A program made the translations under genes and the position numbers. From contig NZ_LGHJ01000011.1 of NCBI RefSeq assembly GCF_001306055.1, positions 276,579 to 308,578 of the forward strand: a stretch of 32,000 nt of DNA, read 5' to 3'. The notes below the pieces were generated by a model that was not told where the DNA came from, did not search any database, and worked only from the letters and a program-made list of their open reading frames with translations. The stretch comes from Bellilinea caldifistulae (GTDB lineage: Bacteria; Chloroflexota; Anaerolineae; Anaerolineales; Anaerolineaceae). This document shows, one piece after another, positions 24,896 through 32,000 of this stretch. Every line of letters begins with the position of its first letter. Within the stretch, counting starts at the first letter, position 1.

Positions 24896-26551
24896 TTAGC
24901 CCTCAAAGGCTTTGACGCAGTTGCGCCCGCTGTTTTTAGCGGCGTAGAGGGCTTGATCGGCGCGGCGCAGCAATTCCTTGAAGGTGTGGGGAAAATGCGG
25001 AGGGGATGCCGTGGCCACCCCCAAACTGATGGTCACATTCAGACGGTTGCCGCCGATGCGGATGGGCGACTCGGCAACCGCACCGCGCACCCGTTCGGCC
25101 ATGCGCAAACCCTGTTCCAGCGTGATTCCCGGCATGATGATGGTGAATTCCTCACCGCCGTAACGGGCCAGGGTATCGCTGCTTCGCAGCCGGTGGCGGA
25201 TGCGCTCCACCAGAATCGTGAGAACCTGATCGCCGACCAGATGTCCGTAATGGTCGTTGATTTCCTTGAAATTGTCCAGATCGAACATGATCAGGGTCAA
25301 CGGCTGGCCGGTTTTGCGGGCTTCCTGAAAGGCCGCCTGACCGGTATCGAATAGGGCGCGGCGGTTGAGGCTTTGGGTCAGCGAATCGGTGCGCGCCAGT
25401 TTTTCCAGTTTGACCTGATTGCGCTGCTGTTCTTCGACCTTACGCTGGAGTTCCAGCGCCTGTTTTTGGAAAGCTTCTGTTTCGCGCCGGAGGGTTTCTA
25501 ATTGATGAAGCACCTGCAGGTGCTTGATGCGCCGGTCGGCTTCTTGATCGTAAATGGTCTGGAAAACAGCGTGGTACTTTTTGTACATTTCCAGGGCGGC
25601 GGCGGGTTTTCCGCTTTTTTCGTACAAATCCGCCAGTGCGTGATAGGCTTCCATCACCTGCGGCTGGCGGCGGGTCTGCTGGGCCAGCAGGAGGGCTTCG
25701 TTCAGGTCTTTTTCGGCGGCATCGTAGTGGCCGCGTTCGGTATGGAGTTTTCCGAGGTTGAGCAGGGTGATGGCTATTTCGGCGGTGAGGTTGTGCCGGC
25801 GGGCAACGCTGAGGGCGCGCTGGTAAGCCGAGAGAGCAGCGCTGTCATCCCCCTGGGCGAGGTAGATTTCACCGATATTATTGAGATAGACCGCCTGATC
25901 CTGCCAGGTCTGGATGTTTTCGGCAATCTGGATGGCTTCGGTTTCGTATTCCAGGGCGCGGCGTGGTTCGCCGGTATGCAGGTATGCCATTGCCAGACTG
26001 TCCAGCGCCCACGAAAGGCGCATGGGCTCATTCAACGCCCGCAGGGTTTGCACGGCTTCGTGCAGGTGAGGGATGGCCAGCTCGGGCTGCCCCAGCAGGA
26101 CGTAGGTATAACAGATATCGTTGGTAATCTCCGCCGTCAGCAGCTGATCGCCCAATTCCTGCACCTCTTTCAAGGCCTGAAACAGATGTTCGAGGGCGTC
26201 GGCAAAATCCCCCATGTGAGCGCAGCCAATGCCGTAATAAGACCGGGCGAGGGCTTTTTCGCAGTTTTTACCCAGCCGCTCAAATTCCTGCATGGCAGTT
26301 TGAAAATCTGAAAGGGCGGCGGTGTAAGCCGCATTCTTCAAGTGCAGCCGCCCGCGAGTGATGGTGCAGCCAGCCAGTTCAGCCTGCAGGTTGGGATCGG
26401 CGGTTGGGTGATTCCCCGCCAGTTGAAAAACCTGCTGGAGAATTTCCAACCCCTGCACGGGGTCGGCGTCCAGCAAGTCGAGCGCCTGCTGGTGAAGGCG
26501 CTGGATTTCAGTGGTTAAAGGTTGGGTGGAAAGGGGAGTTTCGGCTTCCAT
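24896..26551 (-). CDS. TPR-repeat diguanylate cyclase (GGDEF domain)
   Basis: N-terminal TPR-like repeats and a coiled-coil, then a GGDEF domain with active-site RYGGEEF. RSSD lies five residues upstream, the same spacing as the PleD RxxD I-site. Confidence 0.9.
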   Translation of the reverse strand: MEAETPLSTQPLTTEIQRLHQQALDLLDADPVQGLEILQQVFQLAGNHPTADPNLQAELAGCTITRGRLHLKNAAYTAALSDFQTAMQEFERLGKNCEKALARSYYGIGCAHMGDFADALEHLFQALKEVQELGDQLLTAEITNDICYTYVLLGQPELAIPHLHEAVQTLRALNEPMRLSWALDSLAMAYLHTGEPRRALEYETEAIQIAENIQTWQDQAVYLNNIGEIYLAQGDDSAALSAYQRALSVARRHNLTAEIAITLLNLGKLHTERGHYDAAEKDLNEALLLAQQTRRQPQVMEAYHALADLYEKSGKPAAALEMYKKYHAVFQTIYDQEADRRIKHLQVLHQLETLRRETEAFQKQALELQRKVEEQQRNQVKLEKLARTDSLTQSLNRRALFDTGQAAFQEARKTGQPLTLIMFDLDNFKEINDHYGHLVGDQVLTILVERIRHRLRSSDTLARYGGEEFTIIMPGITLEQGLRMAERVRGAVAESPIRIGGNRLNVTISLGVATASPPHFPHTFKELLRRADQALYAAKNSGRNCVKAFEG

Positions 26552-26687
26552 GGATCAGGTAAAATCAAAAACCCGCGCCAACAGCAGGTGGCTGATTGGC
26601 GTCTGGGCTGGTCGAAGGTCAACGAGCGGGGTCGTTTTGACGGCGGAAGTTGTGATAAATATACCACAAAATCACCGCCCGGAAAGG

Positions 26688-26735
26688 AACAAAAATCCCT
26701 GCTGCCGGAAATTTTGAGAGATGCGGGCAGCAGGG
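26688..26735 (-). terminator. Intrinsic terminator after the low-GC paralog gene
   Basis: Stem CCCTGCTGCC (26697-26706) / GGCAGCAGGG (26726-26735). On the minus strand it is followed by ATTTTTGTT. Confidence 0.55.
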
Positions 26736-26776
26736 AACGAACGGCTCGTTCAATGAATGAAGTTAAGGGTCAGAGA

Positions 26777-27787
26777 TCAGGGGCCCTGCCAGCCGGCTAA
26801 GTAAGCCATTAAGACCCAATATGCTTTTGCCATTCTTTGAGCTCCTCTTGCATTTAGATGGCCTCCATTTAGTTCTTCAGTATATTCTGTACAAAGAGCC
26901 GGCAATCCTCTTCCTTGATTATCAAAGCAAGGGCTACCATCTGGACGGTGGGAAAGGATGTCAGCAATATCCATGAGCATAATATTGTTTTGACGTGCGT
27001 ATTCTCTCATTTGATTGTTGAATGAAGTTGAGTCGGGTGTTCCAATTGCAACAGCCAATCCCATTGTCCAGTGGACAATAATTTTATCCGGGTGTCTTTG
27101 TGCTAGCGCTTCAATATCTTCTATACCGGGGTAAGGATCAAGTGGATTCCGGGAAAAATATGCTTGATCAATATCGCTACCGATTTCGGCATCCACATAA
27201 CCAAATTTGAAGGACATAACATCATAAAGATCCGCACGCTGGTCTACTGCCTGAACAAAATAATTAACCTTATTCCACCACCCGGGGTTTTGCCCTGGAG
27301 GAGGAGAGTGAAATTCAAATGTCCAAGAACGATAATCATATTTTTGGTCATAAAAAATTTCTTGAGGAGTTAATCCTCTATCGCAATAATTTGGTCTTAC
27401 CCATTGTCCATTGCTCAGTTGTTGTTTGTAATCACCCAAACATCTGACTCCATCCCATATATTACTGCCTACTGATGCATGGCGAAACAAACTTCTGATT
27501 CTTGATGCCCTTTGAATGTATTCATCGGGAATTTGCTCGAAAAGTTGAATCGAGTTGTGATCAATGATATTACCTAACTGCGGGTTGGGGATGATGGTCG
27601 GGCTTGGGGTGGGGGTCGGTGAAGTTGTGCTGCTGCGCCGTACCATCGGCAGAAAGACAGTATATGGGCCATCTTGTGGCGTGATTTCGTCCGGCGGCTG
27701 GGTCTCGGCCAGCACATTCAGCGGAAAAACCGCTGCGGCAAGAAGGATGAGCGCCATCCCCCAAGGCGCAAGACGGTTGATTTTCAT
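26777..27787 (-). CDS. Secreted protein of unknown function, possibly SGNH/GDSL-like hydrolase fold; low-GC paralog of 27903..29063
   Basis: Signal peptide MKINRLAPWGMALILLAAAVFPLNVLA, a PT linker, and blocks shared with the neighbour: NIIDH, LF-QIP-EY, SVG-NI, D-ADILSH, C-EYT-E--GGHL, LAGWQ. One sampled 60-nt line counts 42% GC. Confidence 0.8.
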   Translation of the reverse strand: MKINRLAPWGMALILLAAAVFPLNVLAETQPPDEITPQDGPYTVFLPMVRRSSTTSPTPTPSPTIIPNPQLGNIIDHNSIQLFEQIPDEYIQRASRIRSLFRHASVGSNIWDGVRCLGDYKQQLSNGQWVRPNYCDRGLTPQEIFYDQKYDYRSWTFEFHSPPPGQNPGWWNKVNYFVQAVDQRADLYDVMSFKFGYVDAEIGSDIDQAYFSRNPLDPYPGIEDIEALAQRHPDKIIVHWTMGLAVAIGTPDSTSFNNQMREYARQNNIMLMDIADILSHRPDGSPCFDNQGRGLPALCTEYTEELNGGHLNARGAQRMAKAYWVLMAYLAGWQGP

Positions 27788-27835
27788 TGATAATTATTCT
27801 CCATGAAGTAAAGGATTTTGACCTGCCCCATTGTA

Positions 27836-27866
27836 GCAGAAAAAACCGCTGAAAATCAGCGGTTTT
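27836..27866 (-). terminator. Intrinsic terminator separating the two paralog genes
   Basis: Stem AAAACCGCTGA (27842-27852) / TCAGCGGTTTT (27856-27866) with a 3-nt loop. On the minus strand it is followed by a T7 run (A39-A45 on plus). Confidence 0.7.
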
Positions 27867-27902
27867 CAATTTTGTTGGGGGGTTGTAATGACCCTGAAAA
27901 GT

Positions 27903-29063
27903 TTACGGCTGAATGGGCTGCCATCCGGCCAGCTGGGCCAGCATCACCCACATGGCTTTGGCGGCCTGTAATTTGCCGGCCGAAACCGCCCCCAAATGTC
28001 CGCCTTCGCTTTCGGTGGTGTATTCGCAGCAAATGACCGGATTTCCGCTATCGCTCAGGCAGGCCTGACCATCGGTGGTGTGACTGAGAATGTCGGCCAG
28101 ATCGAAGAGGATGCGGTTGTTGGCGCGCGCCCATGTTCGCATTTGATCGTTAAAGCGGCGGGAAACATCGCTGCCGATGTTGCGTGCCAGCGAAGTCGTC
28201 CAGTACACGAAGGTTTTTTCGGGGTATTGTTCTTCCAGCGCGGCCAGTTCGTAAAGATTCGGGCCCGCGTAATTGGGGTCAAAGTACACATCGGCTATAT
28301 CTGACGCGTTGGTGACTTGCAGGTAATTATGCCCGTAGGTGATGATTTGACGATCAGCGTATTGGGGTACCTGATTGAGAAAGTACTGCAATTCCTCGTA
28401 CCAGTAAGCGCCTTCGCTGAGAACAAATTCGATGTTGCTGCGGTCGTTGCCGCCCGGAAAGCGAATGGCGGCAGGAACAACCGAATCGCGGTTGGTGTAG
28501 GTTTTGACCTGATCCGATGGCGCTGCACAGACCACCTGACTGGTGAAGTAACGCCGGCAATGAGAGGGACTGGCTGCCCAGGAAGGGGCTGCCAGACAAT
28601 CCAGCCCGCTGCTGATGTTCCACCCCACACTCCGGTCAAAGAACACCATGCGGATTTTTTCGGCTTCCCGCAGGTATTCCGGCGGAATTTGATCGAAGAG
28701 CGCCGCGGCGCGATGGTCAATGATGTTGATGGGAATCGGCGGAGCAGCCAGTGGTTGAATACCGGTCATGGCGGGGGTGGTCGGCGTGGTTGAGGGCGTT
28801 TCGGCCGGCGGCGGATTAGTGGCGGTGAGGGCAGGTAGTGGAGATGAGGGGGTCGGGGGCAGTTCTTCACCGCCGGGTGTGGTGGTCTGGGCGGGTGAAG
28901 AAACGCTCCTGCCTGGGGAGGGCTGGACAGGAATTGGAACGGTGGGGGTGGAGGTGGATAATTGCGACACCGCCGCAGGTTGATTTTGGCGAATGAGTAC
29001 GAAAATCAATGCCAGACCGAGCAAAATCACCAGCGCCCACGGCAGAATGGGTTTATTTTTCAT
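27903..29063 (-). CDS. Secreted/anchored protein of unknown function, possibly SGNH/GDSL-like hydrolase fold; high-GC paralog
   Basis: N-terminal TM segment PWALVILLGLALIFVLI and a long Pro/Thr/Ser linker. The conserved domain is the same as in 26777..27787. Its C-terminal ...NDQMRTWARANNRILFDLADILSH...GGHLGAVSAGKLQAAKAMW resembles SGNH block V and its surroundings. Confidence 0.8.
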   Translation of the reverse strand: MKNKPILPWALVILLGLALIFVLIRQNQPAAVSQLSTSTPTVPIPVQPSPGRSVSSPAQTTTPGGEELPPTPSSPLPALTATNPPPAETPSTTPTTPAMTGIQPLAAPPIPINIIDHRAAALFDQIPPEYLREAEKIRMVFFDRSVGWNISSGLDCLAAPSWAASPSHCRRYFTSQVVCAAPSDQVKTYTNRDSVVPAAIRFPGGNDRSNIEFVLSEGAYWYEELQYFLNQVPQYADRQIITYGHNYLQVTNASDIADVYFDPNYAGPNLYELAALEEQYPEKTFVYWTTSLARNIGSDVSRRFNDQMRTWARANNRILFDLADILSHTTDGQACLSDSGNPVICCEYTTESEGGHLGAVSAGKLQAAKAMWVMLAQLAGWQPIQP

Positions 29064-29221
29064 GGGATAACTCTCTTCATAATTGACTAATTTTGTAAAT
29101 CAAGTAAATTATAACAGCATGTCCGCTGTCCAATCGGCCCAATCTTATGGTTTGGGGTGGCGGTTTGAGGATCGCTTCCGCTGCGGTTTGCAAGGATGGA
29201 TTATTTGGGGAGAGCTGCGCT

Positions 29222-30352
29222 TCAGCCTGCCGGGAAGAGCGAACGGCTGATTTTCAGCAGGTCGGCGGCAATTTGACGGTCAATTTTACCCATCGGGAAG
29301 CGACTCAATTCTTCAAGCGCTGCCCACGCCATATCGTCCGCCTGATGCGGCTGGGGTTCACCGTGCCGCAGGCGGCTGATGAAGGCGTGCAGGGTGACTT
29401 TGAAGTGGGTGTAAGCGTGACGATAGACCCCCAACGGTTCACCGATTTCAATTTCTACCCCCAGCTCCTCGCGGATTTCGCGGCGCAGGCATTCGACGAG
29501 AGTTTCGCCGTCTTCCTGCTTGCCGCCGGGGAATTCCCACAACCCGCCCAGCAAGCCGTTGGCCGGGCGGCGGGTGAGCAGTACTTTGCCATCCCGCCAG
29601 ATGACCGCTGCCGTCACCGTAATCAAGGGGGGTGCAGCGCGGCGGGTCAGCACGGGGCGTTCTTCCTGAACCCCCAACCTCCTGGACTGACACCACTCCG
29701 CCAGCGGGCAATCGCCGCAGGCTGGTTTGCGCGGCGTGCAGATCATCGCGCCCAGGTCCATCAAAGCCTGATTGAAATTACCGGCTTGACCGGGCGGAAG
29801 GTGGGCGCGCAAATGAGCCAGAATTTGAGCCTCTCCCTCCGGCGAACGAGCCGGCAGACTGACATTGAACAAGCGGGCGGCCACCCGCCGCAGGTTTCCG
29901 TCCAACGCCGGTTCGTCCTGCCCAAAAGCAATCGAAGCCACTGCGGCGGCGGTATAACGGCCAACCCCCGGCAGGCGCATCAGTTCTTTCGTGCTGGCAG
30001 GAATCTGCCCCTGATACTTTTCCACCACCAGACGGGCAGCACGATGCAGGCTGCGCGCCCGGCTGTAATAACCCAGCCCCTCCCAGGCTTTCAGTACCTG
30101 CTGTTCCTCGGCCTGTGCCAGATGTTGAAGGGTGGGAAACTGCTCCATCCAGCGCCGGTAGTAGGGAATGACCGTTTCCACGCGGGTTTGTTGAAGCATG
30201 ATTTCCGAAACCCACACCGCATAGGGGTCGTTTGTCCCCCGCCATGGTAAAACACGGCGGTAGTTGCGATACCAGATCAGCAGGCGCTCAGCAAGCTCAG
30301 AACTGGAACCCGCTGCGGGCTTCGACGATTTTGTACCGGTAATTGCGGACAT
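29222..30352 (-). CDS. mutY: A/G-specific adenine DNA glycosylase MutY with C-terminal domain carrying a complete Nudix box
   Basis: Start at the ATG at 30352. LLIWYRNYRRVLPWR, HhH-GPD (LPGVGRYTAAAV), a 4Fe-4S loop C-x6-C-x2-C-x5-C (CTPRKPACGDCPLAEWC), and a C-terminal GLLGGLWEFPGGKQEDGETLVECLRREIREELGV. Confidence 0.85.
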   Translation of the reverse strand: MSAITGTKSSKPAAGSSSELAERLLIWYRNYRRVLPWRGTNDPYAVWVSEIMLQQTRVETVIPYYRRWMEQFPTLQHLAQAEEQQVLKAWEGLGYYSRARSLHRAARLVVEKYQGQIPASTKELMRLPGVGRYTAAAVASIAFGQDEPALDGNLRRVAARLFNVSLPARSPEGEAQILAHLRAHLPPGQAGNFNQALMDLGAMICTPRKPACGDCPLAEWCQSRRLGVQEERPVLTRRAAPPLITVTAAVIWRDGKVLLTRRPANGLLGGLWEFPGGKQEDGETLVECLRREIREELGVEIEIGEPLGVYRHAYTHFKVTLHAFISRLRHGEPQPHQADDMAWAALEELSRFPMGKIDRQIAADLLKISRSLFPAG

Positions 30353-30599
30353 AATCCTGCAGTTGGTTGTTGAGGCTCTTCCACTCGGCGGAGTTGAGAA
30401 TCTGGCGCGCCTGCGCCGGGGAAGGCACAACTGCCCCGACCAGAATTTGTGGCTGTGAGCCGTAAACGGTTGCCCACGCATCGCTCAATTCAAACCCCAG
30501 CCGTTGAACACCGGGGATAAACTCACGTACCACGAATTCAAAATACTCCTGTTCGCGTTCGGGGGCAATATCCCACGACATGATCAATTTAACAGCCAC
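30297..30599 (-). CDS. Small conserved hypothetical protein (about 94-100 aa)
   Basis: Coding-like composition. The preferred start is the GTG at 30599, 6 nt after GAGGAG, which overlaps the stop of the upstream gene. The alternative is the ATG at 30581. The 3' end overlaps the mutY start by 56 nt. Confidence 0.55.
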   Translation of the reverse strand: MAVKLIMSWDIAPEREQEYFEFVVREFIPGVQRLGFELSDAWATVYGSQPQILVGAVVPSPAQARQILNSAEWKSLNNQLQDYVRNYRYKIVEARSGFQF

Positions 30600-30609
30600 G
30601 GTTTTCTCC

Positions 30610-31260
30610 TCAATTACCAACCGGATCAAGCACAATGACCTGAGTTTCTTCCGGCAGAGCGTTTGCCGAAGTGACTTTGAGAGAAGGCTGGGTGGACACC
30701 GCGGTCAAGCCCATTTCTTTCAAGAACTTGCTGAGCGGCTCCAGTTTGATGGTGGATTGGGGGGTAGCGTAGTGCATCGGGATGACCAGATTGGGCTCCA
30801 GCAGGCTGATGATTTCGGCGGCTTTGGCGGCATTCAGACCACTGCCACCGCCCACCGGCACCAGCACAATGTGCACCGGCCCAAGCGCTTCCACCTCGGT
30901 TTGGGTGGGAACGCGGTTGATTGCACCCAGATGTAAAACATTGATGCCGTTGTAGTCAATCAAATAGAGTGTGTTGCGCGGTTCATCCTGCGTTTTCTTC
31001 GTGTGGCCGTTGGTTTGTACACCGGTAATAAATACGCCGCCGATTTCAAACTCACCAGGCCCGCTGATGACGAATGGCTCACCCTTGACGCCGCTCAGGT
31101 AGTTGTGGCCGGGCGCGGCGTGGCTGATGGTGACGATATCGGCTTTGAGTTTCAGCGCTTCGTGTCCCACGGCGCGGTGATCGTAGGGGTCGGTCACCAC
31201 GCTGGCCAGATTGCGTTCCGTGATGCGAAAGCAGGAATGTCCATACCAGGTAATTTCCAT
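30610..31260 (-). CDS. Metallo-beta-lactamase-fold protein (UPF0173/UlaG-like)
   Basis: MEITWYGHSCFRI N-terminus is typical of this family. GGAGG lies 4 nt upstream (31265-31269). The canonical HxHxDH is not present (SHAAPGH instead). Confidence 0.8.
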   Translation of the reverse strand: MEITWYGHSCFRITERNLASVVTDPYDHRAVGHEALKLKADIVTISHAAPGHNYLSGVKGEPFVISGPGEFEIGGVFITGVQTNGHTKKTQDEPRNTLYLIDYNGINVLHLGAINRVPTQTEVEALGPVHIVLVPVGGGSGLNAAKAAEIISLLEPNLVIPMHYATPQSTIKLEPLSKFLKEMGLTAVSTQPSLKVTSANALPEETQVIVLDPVGN

Positions 31261-31401
31261 GCAGCCTCCATTACACTGCTTTGATTATACATGGAAACCG
31301 GCAAAAGGTAGAGAGCGGTGAAAACTTTCAAAATTGTGGTAAGATTCGGGTGTAGGAGCGTGATTGGGGAGAGCAAATGGGTTAGAAAAGCAGCGTAAAC
31401 C

Positions 31402-31430
31402 TTGCCATCTTAAAAACCCTCTGATATAAT
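31402..31430 (+). promoter_or_regulatory. Sigma70-type promoter of the tRNA-tuf cluster (TTGCCA-N17-TATAAT)
   Basis: TTGCCA at 31402-31407, an exact 17-nt spacer, then TATAAT at 31425-31430, about 30 nt upstream of the first tRNA. Confidence 0.6.
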
Positions 31431-31462
31431 CTAGCGCGCTATTATGACCCTTAACAATTCAG

Positions 31463-31535
31463 GCCGACGTAGCTCAATCGGCAGAGCAACCGCCTTGTAA
31501 GTGGTAGGTTACGGGTTCGATTCCCGTCGTCGGCT
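31463..31535 (+). tRNA. tRNA-Thr (anticodon UGU)
   Basis: Hand-folded cloverleaf: acceptor GCCGACG/CGTCGGC, D arm GCTC..GAGC, anticodon stem ACCGC/GTGGT with loop CTTGTAA, T arm ACGGG-TTCGATT-CCCGT. 73 nt, no encoded CCA. Confidence 0.9.
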
Positions 31536-31609
31536 CAGGTTGCGGGCTGGCGAGTGAGGCTGATCTGGAAAAGACAACCTCACTTGCGAGCCGGCAACGG
31601 CTCGGGCAT

Positions 31610-31692
31610 GGGCAGTTACCCAAGTGGCCAAAGGGGGCTGACTGTAAATCAGCTGGCGCACGCCTTCGGAGGTTCGAATCCTTCACTGCCCA
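31610..31692 (+). tRNA. tRNA-Tyr (anticodon GUA), class II long variable arm
   Basis: Acceptor GGGCAGT/ACTGCCC, anticodon stem GCTGA/TCAGC with loop CTGTAAA, a long variable arm, and T arm GGAGG-TTCGAAT-CCTTC. Confidence 0.9.
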
Positions 31693-31745
31693 CTGGTCGT
31701 CTGACCGAAAATCCCCAAGCCAGGGGAGTTTCTGGAGAACGGCAA

Positions 31746-31818
31746 GCCCTCATAGCTCAGGCGGTAGAGCACGCCCTTGGTAAGGGCGGGGTCATGGGTT
31801 CAAATCCCATTGAGGGCT
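31746..31818 (+). tRNA. tRNA-Thr (anticodon GGU)
   Basis: Acceptor GCCCTCA/TGAGGGC, D arm GCTC..GAGC, anticodon stem CGCCC/GGGCG with loop TTGGTAA, and T arm ATGGG-TTCAAAT-CCCAT. Confidence 0.9.
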
Positions 31819-31880
31819 CTTTATGCCGGTTTTCCCAGGACCCTTCTAGTTATTTAAGAGAGGAGCCAAGGAGAAAAAAC

Positions 31881-32000
31881 ATGGCGAAGCAAAAATTTGA
31901 GCGAACGAAACCGCATTTGAACGTAGGCACCATGGGGCACATTGACCATGGGAAAACGACGTTGACCGCGGCAATCACCAAGTGGTGCAGTCTGTTAGGG
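31881..32000 (+). CDS. tuf: Elongation factor Tu, N-terminal fragment (3' end outside window)
   Basis: The ATG at 31881 is preceded by GGAGCCAAGGAG. Translation is [34 protein letters not shown], with the G1 motif GHIDHGKTT. Confidence 0.95.
   Translation, partial: MAKQKFERTKPHLNVGTMGHIDHGKTTLTAAITKWCSLLG

Noticed and set aside
31536-31609. 74-nt spacer between tRNA-Thr and tRNA-Tyr as a degenerate tRNA (for example a decayed tRNA-Gly)
   Set aside because: The length is tRNA-like, but there is no acceptor pairing, no GTTC T-loop and no D-arm consensus. It folds as a single long hairpin instead. The minus-strand ORF 31474..31686 across the tRNAs is spurious.
1-32000. CRISPR arrays, transposases, integrases, reverse transcriptases, toxin-antitoxin pairs
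   Set aside because: No regularly spaced direct repeats were seen by eye in the intergenic regions. No ORF shows DDE, tyrosine or serine recombinase, RT (YxDD) or typical TA features. A proper repeat-finder run would be needed to exclude short arrays.

Overview
High-GC (about 58-62% by hand counts) bacterial chromosomal segment. Gene content and the many signal-anchor plus Pro/Thr-linker envelope proteins suggest a Chloroflexota (Anaerolineae-like) genome, but that is a low-confidence inference. Most of the window is core: galE 3' end, holA, nadK, recN, mutS2, ettA, mutY, and a tRNA-Thr/Tyr/Thr cluster leading into tuf. Interspersed are secreted or membrane-anchored hydrolases: a 1286-aa LasA-like M23 multidomain protein, a C39-like/TPR peptidase, an HExxH peptidase and two paralogous secreted proteins. 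There is also a BTAD/P-loop/TPR regulator and a TPR-GGDEF cyclase. Two segments are compositionally foreign. The first is a 2.4-kb low-GC islet (5794-8184) with a compact M->R type II restriction-modification cassette. It has an HTH-fused N4/N6 methyltransferase and a TdeIII-like PD-(D/E)xK nuclease, is bounded by a 9-bp direct repeat, and carries a C8 tract exactly on the catalytic SPPY codons. The second is a low-GC gene (26777-27787) that is a paralog of its high-GC neighbour. Other points of note are a MutY whose C-terminal domain keeps a complete canonical Nudix box, a zinc-finger membrane protein wedged between nadK and recN, and strong sigma70-like promoters for the tRNA operon and at the islet edge facing holA. 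I found no CRISPR array, transposase, integrase or reverse transcriptase. I see no compelling evidence for a wholly new multigene system; the R-M islet and the paralog pair are the best accessory candidates. Long antisense ORFs in the track are treated as high-GC shadow ORFs.
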